DNA of 64,000 nt, taken from an uncultured Helicobacter sp. Its GTDB lineage: Bacteria; Campylobacterota; Campylobacteria; Campylobacterales; UBA6016. Where the stretch lies: positions 7,075 to 71,074 of the forward strand of contig CAZMPN010000009.1 in assembly GCA_964568395.1 (NCBI GenBank), read 5' to 3'. The position numbers and the translations under genes are program-made. The stretch's first letter is position 1; each line of letters opens with the position of its first letter. Shown piece by piece: positions 54,481 to 62,914 of this stretch. Below the pieces are notes generated by a model. That model ran no database searches and was not told the DNA's origin. It worked only from the letters and a program-made list of their open reading frames with translations.

Positions 54481-54848
54481 GCCAGGGCTATGCACTCGAT
54501 CTCTACGAGGGCGTTTTTGGGTAGCGTCTTTACCGCTACGGTACTTCTTGCCGGTTTGTGGTCGCCAAAAAACTTTGCGTACACCTCGTTCATCGGCGCG
54601 AAGTTGTCCATATCGGATAGAAACACCGTAGTCTTTACCACTTTATCAAGTCCGCTTCCGGCCGCTTTTAGCACTTGCGTTAAGTTTTCAAATACCTGCG
54701 CGGTTTGTGCAGATATGTCGCCGTCATTGAAACTGCCGTCGGCTCTAAGCGCCACTTGTCCGGATGTGTATACCATCCCTTCTATCTTGATTGCTTGCGA
54801 GTATGGTCCTATTGCCTGCGGTGCGTTTGGCGTAGATACTATATTCAT
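54477..54848 (-). CDS. RidA/YjgF-family reactive-intermediate deaminase
   Basis: 123 aa. APQAIGPYSQAIKIEGMVYTSGQVAL...PARSTVAVKTLPKNALVEIE. Confidence 0.9.
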   Translation of the reverse strand: MNIVSTPNAPQAIGPYSQAIKIEGMVYTSGQVALRADGSFNDGDISAQTAQVFENLTQVLKAAGSGLDKVVKTTVFLSDMDNFAPMNEVYAKFFGDHKPARSTVAVKTLPKNALVEIECIALA

Positions 54849-54882
54849 AAACTCCCTCCTTGCTTTTATTTTTGCGGCGATT

Positions 54883-56562
54883 TTACATTTTTTTGAATAA
54901 ACAAGCGGCTTTTTCTATTATCCAGTTTGGTTTCTCGTGCTTGTTTAACACAAAATAAAGCGTGTTTATATTGTTGAGTATCTCTTCGAATTCATCTATC
55001 GCGTCGTTTGTCCCCGCTATTAAAAGCCTGTCGCCGTACTCGAAGTTTGAGCCGAAAGAAGGCCCCATGACGAACTCGCCGCTTTTTCTTAAAAGCCCGA
55101 GTATTACAAGCTCAAGCTCCCTCCCTTCTCCGTCTACGTCGGCAACCAAATCCCTGTATGTGACGTTTCTCTCGGCCAAAATAGGCGCCAGCGCGTAGGC
55201 CTCGTTCTCGTCTATGCCGATCTCTTTTAGTTGTGGTTTTTTGTTGACTATTTCCGTTAGCCTTCCCACTATATGTTGGCCCCATTCGTCGCTTTTGCCG
55301 TGGAGTTCGTCGGCAAATCTTACGACCAAGGGTCTTGCGATGATGTTGTACGCCCTAACCGCCACTAGCTTATCCATGATAAATACGGTATTTGCCCTAA
55401 GCGCAGCAAAGACGGAGTTCTCCTCCATCTTATTTTCCCTAACCATGACAAATATGTCCGGATTTAGCTTTCTGGCGGTTATGATGGCGGATAGGTTTAC
55501 GGCGTCGTCAGGCGTGCCGGCTATGAGGCACTGGGCGTTTTCTATGCCGGCTTTTAGCAGCAGCTCCCTATCGCCGCCCTCTTTGGCCTTCGTCTCTTTG
55601 AAGATGTCAACTATCTCGTACTCTATCCCGTTTTTTAGCAAAACGTCCTTGATTGCTTTGCCTAGTCTGCCTCGGCTGCATATTATGTATTTTCCACGTC
55701 CCAGCTTCGCCTTTCTGGTTAGGTTCAGATTCCCGCCGCCAAGCCAGTTTAGAAGCGCGTATAGGTGCGGGGTATTCAGCATATACTCTATTCTTGTCGC
55801 TACGTGCTGATACGGGTCTATCACATGTTCGACCCCGACGTCTTTTAGGTTTTGCAGTCCAGCATAAAAAGAGGATTCGGCCACTATCTCTATGTTTTTG
55901 TTTAGAATTTTTGCCTTAACGGCCACCTTTAGGTTTAGATTGTCGTCTTCGAATAGGATAAAAAGCGCCTTGCAATACGGCGACGATATGCCTGCATCCT
56001 CCAGAACGTCCGTCATCGTAGCGTCTGCGGCTAGAGCCGGAATCATGGGGTAATACCCTTCAAGATTCAGCTCGTCTATCTTCTCCTCAAGCTTGTCCAG
56101 GACTACGAGTCTATATTTTCCGTAAAGCTGGAACTTGTCGATCATTATACGGCTGATAGAGTTGTAGCCGCATATTACGACGAACTCCTGCTCCATTCTC
56201 TCTATGCTTCTTCTAAAGGAGATTCTTTTTAGTGCCCTTTTGAACGCTTTGTCCCTAAAAAGCCCGACTATCGTACCTATGGCGTAAAACCATGCTGGTA
56301 CGGTTAGATACATCGTGATAGTGAGCATTAGCCTTTGCGGATATGTAAGCGCATACGGGATTTCACCGAAACCTATCGTATTCGCCGTATACGATACCAG
56401 ATAAAAGGCGTCAAAAAACGTCAGACGGTATATATGTCCGTCATTATCCCTGCCGTCCGTAATCGTTAGCAGCATAATGGAGATGGTATATGTGACGATT
56501 ATCGCCAATATAGGAACCCGAAGGCGCCTTATGACTATCCAGAAAGCCTCGTTTTCCCTCAT
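54883..56562 (-). CDS. 2-TM potassium channel with tandem RCK/TrkA-N domains
   Basis: 559 aa. Pore/selectivity filter YTANTIGFGEIP between two TM helices. Two Rossmann-like RCK domains (FVVICGYNSI..., YIICSRGRLGKAI...). Confidence 0.85.
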   Translation of the reverse strand: MRENEAFWIVIRRLRVPILAIIVTYTISIMLLTITDGRDNDGHIYRLTFFDAFYLVSYTANTIGFGEIPYALTYPQRLMLTITMYLTVPAWFYAIGTIVGLFRDKAFKRALKRISFRRSIERMEQEFVVICGYNSISRIMIDKFQLYGKYRLVVLDKLEEKIDELNLEGYYPMIPALAADATMTDVLEDAGISSPYCKALFILFEDDNLNLKVAVKAKILNKNIEIVAESSFYAGLQNLKDVGVEHVIDPYQHVATRIEYMLNTPHLYALLNWLGGGNLNLTRKAKLGRGKYIICSRGRLGKAIKDVLLKNGIEYEIVDIFKETKAKEGGDRELLLKAGIENAQCLIAGTPDDAVNLSAIITARKLNPDIFVMVRENKMEENSVFAALRANTVFIMDKLVAVRAYNIIARPLVVRFADELHGKSDEWGQHIVGRLTEIVNKKPQLKEIGIDENEAYALAPILAERNVTYRDLVADVDGEGRELELVILGLLRKSGEFVMGPSFGSNFEYGDRLLIAGTNDAIDEFEEILNNINTLYFVLNKHEKPNWIIEKAACLFKKM

Positions 56563-56569
56563 CGATAGT

Positions 56570-56953
56570 TTATCTTTTGGAGTGTACGGTGTCTGATATG
56601 TATAATATTACGGATACTATATTCGCTATAAGGGCGCCGGAGGATAACGAGACTATTATGGTCATGAATTCGGCGTTGATGCCGCCGGCGACGTTCGTCG
56701 CATATCCCCATACCGCCGCCGCCGCAAATAGCTGAATATCCGCAACGAGACTCGTAGCAAGCAGCACGGAGCCGACCTGTGATTTATCTCCCAGTTTCAT
56801 CGTCGTCGCTATCAGGTTTACGGCGATTGCCACGGCTAGTTCGTATACGCTATGGTGGGCGACATTGTCTATCTCTCCGTAAACAAAGCCCGCATTTAGC
56901 GTCAGGGCCAATACTATAAAGAACCCGGCGATAACTTTATCCGAATACATCAC
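56570..56953 (-). CDS. Small 4-TM membrane protein of unknown function, immediately upstream of the K+ channel gene
   Basis: 127 aa with four hydrophobic helices. 7-nt gap to the channel gene. No family recognised. Confidence 0.6.
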   Translation of the reverse strand: MMYSDKVIAGFFIVLALTLNAGFVYGEIDNVAHHSVYELAVAIAVNLIATTMKLGDKSQVGSVLLATSLVADIQLFAAAAVWGYATNVAGGINAEFMTIIVSLSSGALIANIVSVILYISDTVHSKR

Positions 56954-57016
56954 TTTTATCCTTGTTGTTATGTTAAAATTTCCAATATTTTATCAGTACA
57001 AAGGGAATAAACAGCT

Positions 57017-57406
57017 TTGAGCACAGTCGCCTTAGATATCGGCTTGAAAAGAATAGGGGTTGCGATAATGGCGGCGGGCGTTCCTGTCGCAAGCGAGCCT
57101 ATACACAGAAAAAACAGGGAGCAGGCCGCAAACGACGTATCCGCCATGCTAAAAGCCAAAAAAGCCTCAAGGCTGGTCGTAGGACTTCCCCGTGGCGGAG
57201 CTAGCGAAGAGGAGATGGAGCGGAGGATAAAGCATTTTGTTTCGCTGCTGGAGTTTGGCGGCGAGATAGTTTATGTCGATGAGTTTGGCAGCTCGAAAGA
57301 GGCCCTGGAGGAAGCCGGCGGCGGACACACAAAGAGTAAGGACGGCAGGCTTGATAGCTTGTCGGCCTTGGTAATACTGAAGCGGTGGAGCGATTTTAGA
57401 GGATAA
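57017..57406 (+). CDS. ruvX: Holliday-junction resolvase-like / pre-16S rRNA nuclease RuvX (YqgF)
   Basis: 129 aa, TTG start. VALDIGLKRIGVA...LVVGLP...DE are YqgF motifs. Confidence 0.85.
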   Translation: MSTVALDIGLKRIGVAIMAAGVPVASEPIHRKNREQAANDVSAMLKAKKASRLVVGLPRGGASEEEMERRIKHFVSLLEFGGEIVYVDEFGSSKEALEEAGGGHTKSKDGRLDSLSALVILKRWSDFRG

Positions 57407-58427
57407 GCATCGCGTCGCCGTAGCTATAAAACCTATATTTTTTTTCTATCGCCTCTTTGTATATTTCAAGCGTTCTATCTAGTCCGACAAACCCTGCGAC
57501 GAGCATGATAAGCGTGGATTTTGGCAAATGGAAGTTTGTTAGGAGCATATTCGCCCTTTTGGGAGGATTTTGCGGATTTATGAATATATCGCACTCTCCG
57601 GAGGTTTTTTTCGTGCGATGGTAATGCTCTACGGTTCTTGTCGAGGTCGTGCCGATGCATAGTATCTTTGCGTCGCTGTCTAGAAGCTTCGCTGTTTGGA
57701 CCGGAATCTCGAAATACTCTGAATGCATAGGGTGTTCTTCTATGTTTTCCGCTTCAACGGGTTTGAAGGTGCCGAGTCCGACGTGAAGGGTCAGTTCATA
57801 TAGCTTATGGCTTTGCTTGATCTTGTCAAGCAACTCTTCGTCAAAGTGTAACGACGCCGTCGGGGCGGCTACGCTTCCGGCGTTTGACGCGAAACGGCTT
57901 TGGTAGTTGGTCTCGTCGCTCTTTTCATCTTCCCTGTTTATGTATGGCGGAAGCGGTATATGGCCTATTTTGTCGAGTTTTTCTATGAGCTTTGCGAACC
58001 CTATCTTTGTTTCGCCTACGAGAAAAGAGACTTTTCTGCTGCCGTCATCCAAAAGCTCCAAAACTTCGAGCGATAGATCGTCTTCAAAAAAGAGCCTATC
58101 GCCTGTTTTTACCTTGCCTCTAATGAGCGCCAAAAAAGCTCCGTCCTCGAACGGCTTTATGACTACGCATTCTATTTTTCCACCGCTCTTTTTGCGTCCG
58201 AAGATTCTGGCTTTTATGACTTTCGTATTGTTGACCACTATTGCCGTATCTTTTGGTATAAAGTCGCATATGTCGGATATATTTGAGTGGATAATCGTAC
58301 CGTTCGCCCTGTCTACGACGAGCAGCTTTGCCGAGCTTCTTGGGTTTGCGGGGTAGTCCGCTATGAGCTCCTTTGGGAGTTCATAGTCGTAAGAAGAGGT
58401 TAGAAGCGTCCTATCAGGCTGGCTCAT
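57396..58427 (-). CDS. queA: S-adenosylmethionine:tRNA ribosyltransferase-isomerase
   Basis: 343 aa. YDYELPKELIADYP...LLVVDR...GHIPLPPYI...AAPTASLHF...GTTSTR. Confidence 0.92.
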   Translation of the reverse strand: MSQPDRTLLTSSYDYELPKELIADYPANPRSSAKLLVVDRANGTIIHSNISDICDFIPKDTAIVVNNTKVIKARIFGRKKSGGKIECVVIKPFEDGAFLALIRGKVKTGDRLFFEDDLSLEVLELLDDGSRKVSFLVGETKIGFAKLIEKLDKIGHIPLPPYINREDEKSDETNYQSRFASNAGSVAAPTASLHFDEELLDKIKQSHKLYELTLHVGLGTFKPVEAENIEEHPMHSEYFEIPVQTAKLLDSDAKILCIGTTSTRTVEHYHRTKKTSGECDIFINPQNPPKRANMLLTNFHLPKSTLIMLVAGFVGLDRTLEIYKEAIEKKYRFYSYGDAMLIL

Positions 58428-59145
58428 TTTCCTCTTTTGGGGCGGGGTTTATCATTTTTACCAGCAGTATCGCTATGCCGTACAGGATTATCATAGGGGC
58501 GGCCATCATGAGCTGGCTCATGACATCCGGCGGAGTAAGAACCGCCGCCACTATAAAGATGATGACTATGGCGTATCTAAAAGAGGATTTCATCTGCTTG
58601 TCGTCCACAAGTCCAAAAAAGGCCAAAAGCGCCGCAATGACAGGGAGCTCGAAAGATATCCCGAAACCAAACATCAGCTTTAAAAAGAAACTAAGATACT
58701 CGGCGATACTTATCATTGCCGTGGTTTGTCCGCCGCCGAAATTGACTAGGAACTTAAAGCCTACCGGAAATACGAAGTAATACGCGAATAGGGCGCCCGC
58801 TATAAACATCCCGGTTGCGCCGGCTACAAACGGCAGAATATATCTTTTTTCGTGTTCGTAAAGTCCGGGAGCCAGAAACGACCACATTTGATAGAAAATC
58901 ACAGGCAGAGATATTACCAGAGAGGCAAAAAAAGATACGCTAACCGCGGTAAAGAACTGTTCGCCCATCTTGACGGCTACGACTTGTCCGCTATCCGGGA
59001 TAGCTTCTTTTAGCGGCATGGTAACCCAAGCCATTATAGGTTCCCAGACGGCAAAGCATGCGAAAAATGCGACGCCGAGTACTATTACGCATTTGATTAG
59101 CCTATCCCTAAGTTCGGCTATATGTGGCTTTAGATCCTCAAGCAT
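58414..59145 (-). CDS. tatC: Twin-arginine translocase subunit TatC
   Basis: 243 aa, 6 TM helices. HIAELRDRLIKCV...FLAPGLYEHEKR are TatC motifs. Confidence 0.92.
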   Translation of the reverse strand: MLEDLKPHIAELRDRLIKCVIVLGVAFFACFAVWEPIMAWVTMPLKEAIPDSGQVVAVKMGEQFFTAVSVSFFASLVISLPVIFYQMWSFLAPGLYEHEKRYILPFVAGATGMFIAGALFAYYFVFPVGFKFLVNFGGGQTTAMISIAEYLSFFLKLMFGFGISFELPVIAALLAFFGLVDDKQMKSSFRYAIVIIFIVAAVLTPPDVMSQLMMAAPMIILYGIAILLVKMINPAPKEENEPA

Positions 59146-59542
59146 CTTTCTTAACTTCCTCTTTGTCTCTGTTTTGCGATATTTGCGGGGCTGTCTCTAG
59201 CGGAGATTCTATCTCTTTTTTGATGCCTTCCTCTATCTCTTTGAACTCTTTGGTTATATCGCCGAACATGTCGCTTACTTCTTTGTTGTTGTACATACTG
59301 GACGGATTATTTAGATTGTCCGTGAGCTTCTCTATTTTTTCCTTATATTCGGTGGCGGTATTTTTGAGTTCGTGCAGGTCTATCTCTTTTTGTATCGTGT
59401 CCTTCGCTTCTTGTACCGTGGATTTGAAACTTTTGAAGAACTTCACTATCTGTATTATCATATCCGGCAGCTTTTCGGGACCTAGAAAAATTATTGCGAC
59501 TATCGCTATTACTATGAATGAGCCGAGATCTATTCCAAACAT
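59138..59542 (-). CDS. tatB: Twin-arginine translocase subunit TatB (TatA/B/E family)
   Basis: 134 aa. MFGIDLGSFIVIAIVAIIFLGPEKLP followed by an amphipathic helix and a long acidic tail. Upstream of and overlapping tatC. Confidence 0.8.
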   Translation of the reverse strand: MFGIDLGSFIVIAIVAIIFLGPEKLPDMIIQIVKFFKSFKSTVQEAKDTIQKEIDLHELKNTATEYKEKIEKLTDNLNNPSSMYNNKEVSDMFGDITKEFKEIEEGIKKEIESPLETAPQISQNRDKEEVKKDA

Positions 59543-59667
59543 GTTTTCCGCTTATTTTGTAGAGTGCGAAAATTTTACTCAAACCTCTATAAAAACTGCT
59601 TGAAGCTGGAGTGTTTTTAGGAATTAAAGTTGCTTTATAAAATAAATCAAAACAATAAGGAGAGCGA

Positions 59668-59922
59668 ATGAGAATGTTGGAAGTAGAACAAAACTGTTTG
59701 GAGTGTTCGCATCTAAAGTTTAACGGTATAGTTAAGATGCCTAGCGAAGACGGTTATGATTGCATAAAGTGCAGCAAAAGGGTGGTTGATTTTTATCTCA
59801 TTAGGAACAGATCCGCCGAATCCGTTATGAAAAAGCTTTATCCACCTTACGGGATACCTGATTTTTGTCCGATTTCGAAAGATTTTGAGATTGAGACGAA
59901 AGAAGAGATGGATTTTGTATAA
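59668..59922 (+). CDS. Small Cys-rich hypothetical protein (84 aa; CxxC...CxxC zinc-ribbon-like)
   Basis: Strong SD AAGGAG 6 nt upstream of the ATG. CLEC...CIKC...C. No family recognised. Confidence 0.6.
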   Translation: MRMLEVEQNCLECSHLKFNGIVKMPSEDGYDCIKCSKRVVDFYLIRNRSAESVMKKLYPPYGIPDFCPISKDFEIETKEEMDFV

Positions 59923-59927
59923 GAAGC

Positions 59928-59944
59928 CCCCGCTTTTGGCGGGG
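59928..59944. terminator. GC hairpin between the convergent small Cys-rich gene and cytochrome c553
   Basis: CCCCGC-ttttg-GCGGGG, a 6-bp GC stem. U-rich flank on the c553 side (CUUCUUAUA). Confidence 0.45.
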
Positions 59945-59951
59945 AGGGAAA

Positions 59952-60251
59952 TTATTTAAGAGTAGCTATGTAAGCTGCAACAGCTTTAGCGTCAGCGTCA
60001 GATAGTTTAGCAGCGTTACCTTTCATAGCAGCGCCCATACCGTGTTTGTTAAGAGTACCAGCTTTGTAACCAGCAAGATCTTTTTCTACGCTAGCAGCAG
60101 CCATACCAGCTACCGGGTTAGATTTACCAAGAGCTTTCATGTGGCCATCAGCGCCGTGGCAAGATTTGCATTGACCTTCGAATATAGCTTTACCATCTGC
60201 AGCTAGAAGAGCACAGCCAGCGAAAGCAAGAGTAAGAAGAACTTTTTTCAT
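59952..60251 (-). CDS. Periplasmic monoheme cytochrome c (c553-type)
   Basis: 99 aa with signal peptide MKKVLLTLAFAGCALLA. Heme motif CKSCHG with a distal Met region. A TATAAT -10 candidate lies on the minus strand at 60322-60327. Confidence 0.88.
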   Translation of the reverse strand: MKKVLLTLAFAGCALLAADGKAIFEGQCKSCHGADGHMKALGKSNPVAGMAAASVEKDLAGYKAGTLNKHGMGAAMKGNAAKLSDADAKAVAAYIATLK

Positions 60252-60417
60252 CGTGTATCCTTTTTAAGATTTTTACATGGAGCATTTTACATGCCCAAGT
60301 GTGAAATGTGTGTGGAAGAAAATTATACTTTTTATAACTTTTAAAAACCCTTTTTATTTAGTGTAGCTTCGTTAAACTAACCCTAAAAGTAGCAGATAAA
60401 AACACAAAGGGTGTAAA

Positions 60418-61653
60418 GTGCAAGAGTATTTAAGTAGGGCAAAAGCGGCGTGCGCCGATTTGTCCCAGACTTCCGGAAAGCTCAGAAACGAAGTTCTAAG
60501 AGAGATGGCAAAGGCTCTTAGGACGGAGAGAATGCCTATCATAGAGGCCAACAAAAAAGATTTGGAGTATGCCGCGGCGAACAATCTGTCATCCGCGATG
60601 ATAGATAGGCTGATGCTGGACGAAAAACGTATCAACGGTATGGCGGAGTCTATAGAGACGATAGCCTCGCTGATCGATCCGCTCGGAAGGACGCTTGACG
60701 GCTGGACGTTGCCAAACGGCCTCACGGTGCAAAAAGTGAGCATCCCTATAGGCGTAATCGGCGTCATATACGAGTCAAGGCCAAACGTTACCTCCGATAC
60801 CGCCGCACTCTGCTTTAAAAGCGGCAACGTAGCCGTGCTAAAAGGCGGTAAGGAGGCGATAAACTCCAATTTCGCCATTGCGGACGTATTAAGGGGCGTG
60901 CTTGACAAATTCGGGCTTTCCAGAGACATAATCTCGATGCTTCCCGATGCGAGCAGGGAAGGGGTGATGCAGCTCGTTAAAATGGATAAATACGTAGACC
61001 TTATAATACCTAGAGGCGGGGAGTCGCTTATCCGAGCCGTATGCGACAACGCCACCGTTCCGGTCGTAAAGCACGACAAGGGCGTATGCCATGTATATGT
61101 CGACAGATATGCGGATATAGATAGCGCGTTAAAGATAGCCATCAATGCGAAAGTCCAAAGACCAGGCGTTTGCAACTCGATGGAGACCTTGCTTGTAGAC
61201 GAGTCTATAGCGGCCAGCGTCCTACCGCTTTTCAAAGCCGAGTTCGACAAGTTTTCAACGAAGCTCAAAGGATGCGCAAAAACGCAAGAGGTTGTAGACG
61301 TCGCGGAGGCATCGGAGGATGATTTTTATTTGGAGTACGGAGAGAACATATTAAACATAAAGGTAGTCGACGGAGTAAAAGAGGCGGTGGCGCATATATC
61401 CAAATACGGTTCCGGACATAGCGACGCGATAATATCCGATAGCTATCAAAATGCGGAGTTTTTCCTAAATGCGGTGGACTCCGCGTGCGTATATGTAAAT
61501 GCGTCTACGAGATTTACGGACGGCGGCGAATTCGGCTTTGGCGCAGAGGTGGGCATATCCACCAACAAGCTGCACTCCAGAGGGCCTATGGGCGTAAACG
61601 ACCTTACCACATATAAGTATAAAGTATTCGGAAGCGGCCAAATTAGAGAATGA
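60418..61653 (+). CDS. proA: Gamma-glutamyl phosphate reductase
   Basis: 411 aa, GTG start after AAGGG. IGVIYESRPNVT, CNSMETLLV and other ALDH-fold ProA motifs. Confidence 0.92.
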   Translation: MQEYLSRAKAACADLSQTSGKLRNEVLREMAKALRTERMPIIEANKKDLEYAAANNLSSAMIDRLMLDEKRINGMAESIETIASLIDPLGRTLDGWTLPNGLTVQKVSIPIGVIGVIYESRPNVTSDTAALCFKSGNVAVLKGGKEAINSNFAIADVLRGVLDKFGLSRDIISMLPDASREGVMQLVKMDKYVDLIIPRGGESLIRAVCDNATVPVVKHDKGVCHVYVDRYADIDSALKIAINAKVQRPGVCNSMETLLVDESIAASVLPLFKAEFDKFSTKLKGCAKTQEVVDVAEASEDDFYLEYGENILNIKVVDGVKEAVAHISKYGSGHSDAIISDSYQNAEFFLNAVDSACVYVNASTRFTDGGEFGFGAEVGISTNKLHSRGPMGVNDLTTYKYKVFGSGQIRE

Positions 61654-62222
61654 GCGAGAACGTTCTTCGGATAAATGGGCTTCGGTTTGGATATTCAAAG
61701 CAGGAGCTCTTGTTTGACGACTTCAATTTGGAACTTAAGAAGGGCGAGATAGTCTCGATAGTAGGCCCTAGCGGAAAAGGGAAGAGTACGCTTTTTGATT
61801 TGATAGCCGGCTTCAAAAAACCTTTTTTAGGAGAGATAGAGTCAAAAAAGATATCCTTCGTCTTTCAAGACCCTTACAGCTCATTTCACAACAGCTACTC
61901 TATAGAAAACCAGATTTTGGACGTCGCCGACAGTTTGGACTACTCTACGCTTGAGAATACTCTAAAGCTTGAACGCGCTGTATTGCAAAAAAAACCGTAT
62001 GAACTGAGCGGTGGACAGCTTCAGAGATGTTCTATATTTAGGGCGCTTATGATGAAACCGGATCTTATTTTGGCGGACGAGCCGACTTCCGCTCTTGACA
62101 ATATAATTCAACTGGAAGTCATGAAGACGCTCGTGGAGAGCGTCAAGGAATCGGCCCTGCTTTTGATTACGCATGACCTATCTCTGGCGAGATGGTGTTC
62201 GGACAGGATAGTTAAGCTTTAG
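61650..62222 (+). CDS. Short stand-alone ABC-type ATP-binding protein (190 aa)
   Basis: Walker A GPSGKGKST, signature LSGGQLQR, Walker B LILADEPTSALD, H-loop ITHD. ATGA overlap with the proA stop. No permease gene adjacent. Confidence 0.75.
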   Translation: MSENVLRINGLRFGYSKQELLFDDFNLELKKGEIVSIVGPSGKGKSTLFDLIAGFKKPFLGEIESKKISFVFQDPYSSFHNSYSIENQILDVADSLDYSTLENTLKLERAVLQKKPYELSGGQLQRCSIFRALMMKPDLILADEPTSALDNIIQLEVMKTLVESVKESALLLITHDLSLARWCSDRIVKL

Positions 62223-62914
62223 GCGTTAGCCCTTGCGTCGTCAAGCGTTTTTTGCATATCCTCCCTAGCTTTTGCAAGCCACTCTTTGCCTTCAGGCATA
62301 AACGAATCCATATAGATAATCTGTAGGGTTCCGCCCTTCGAGCTACCCCCGCCTTCTTTTGTGGAGTACTTGGTGTCCAAAAGCTTGGCGGAATCCACGA
62401 GCACTACCGGCTGAACTCTAAGATTTAGTTTGTCGGCTATCATTTTTGCCCCGGCCTTAAACTCCAAAAGCTCCCTCTCTTTACCCCTAGTTCCCTCCGG
62501 AAAAATAACAAGCGGCCTGCCTTGCTCGATAGCGTTCTTGGAGTCTTTCAGCAGTTTTACCAACCCCTGCTTATTTTCCCTGTCTACGGCTATCATCTTG
62601 CACGATTTGAATAGATGTCCAAAAAGAGGAATATTGAAAAGCTCCTCTTTGGCGACCCAGCAGAGGTTTTTTTTGGTTATGGCTTCCATGGCGACTATGT
62701 CGAGCACGCTTTGGTGGTTTAGTATATACAGTCCGGCGCTATCGTCTATCTCGCCGACTATCTTCGGTTTAACCATAAAGACCTTCAACAGTATTTTTGA
62801 GAGAGTAGTCCTTGGTCCTTTGTTTTTCTTTCCGGTCAGATATAAAAACGGAATAAACAGCGCTATAAAAAGCCCGGCTAGAATACCTTTTAGATAAAGC
62901 CTAATTACCGACAA
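62219..62914 (-). CDS. plsC: 1-acyl-sn-glycerol-3-phosphate acyltransferase
   Basis: 231 aa with an N-terminal TM helix. NHQSVLD (HX4D) and FPEGTR motifs. Confidence 0.85.
   Translation of the reverse strand: MSVIRLYLKGILAGLFIALFIPFLYLTGKKNKGPRTTLSKILLKVFMVKPKIVGEIDDSAGLYILNHQSVLDIVAMEAITKKNLCWVAKEELFNIPLFGHLFKSCKMIAVDRENKQGLVKLLKDSKNAIEQGRPLVIFPEGTRGKERELLEFKAGAKMIADKLNLRVQPVVLVDSAKLLDTKYSTKEGGGSSKGGTLQIIYMDSFMPEGKEWLAKAREDMQKTLDDARANA

Noticed and set aside
60372-61268. 298-aa ORF on the minus strand
   Set aside because: It lies entirely antisense to proA, whose product is unmistakable. The translation is Ser/Leu/Ala-rich low complexity, typical of a shadow ORF.
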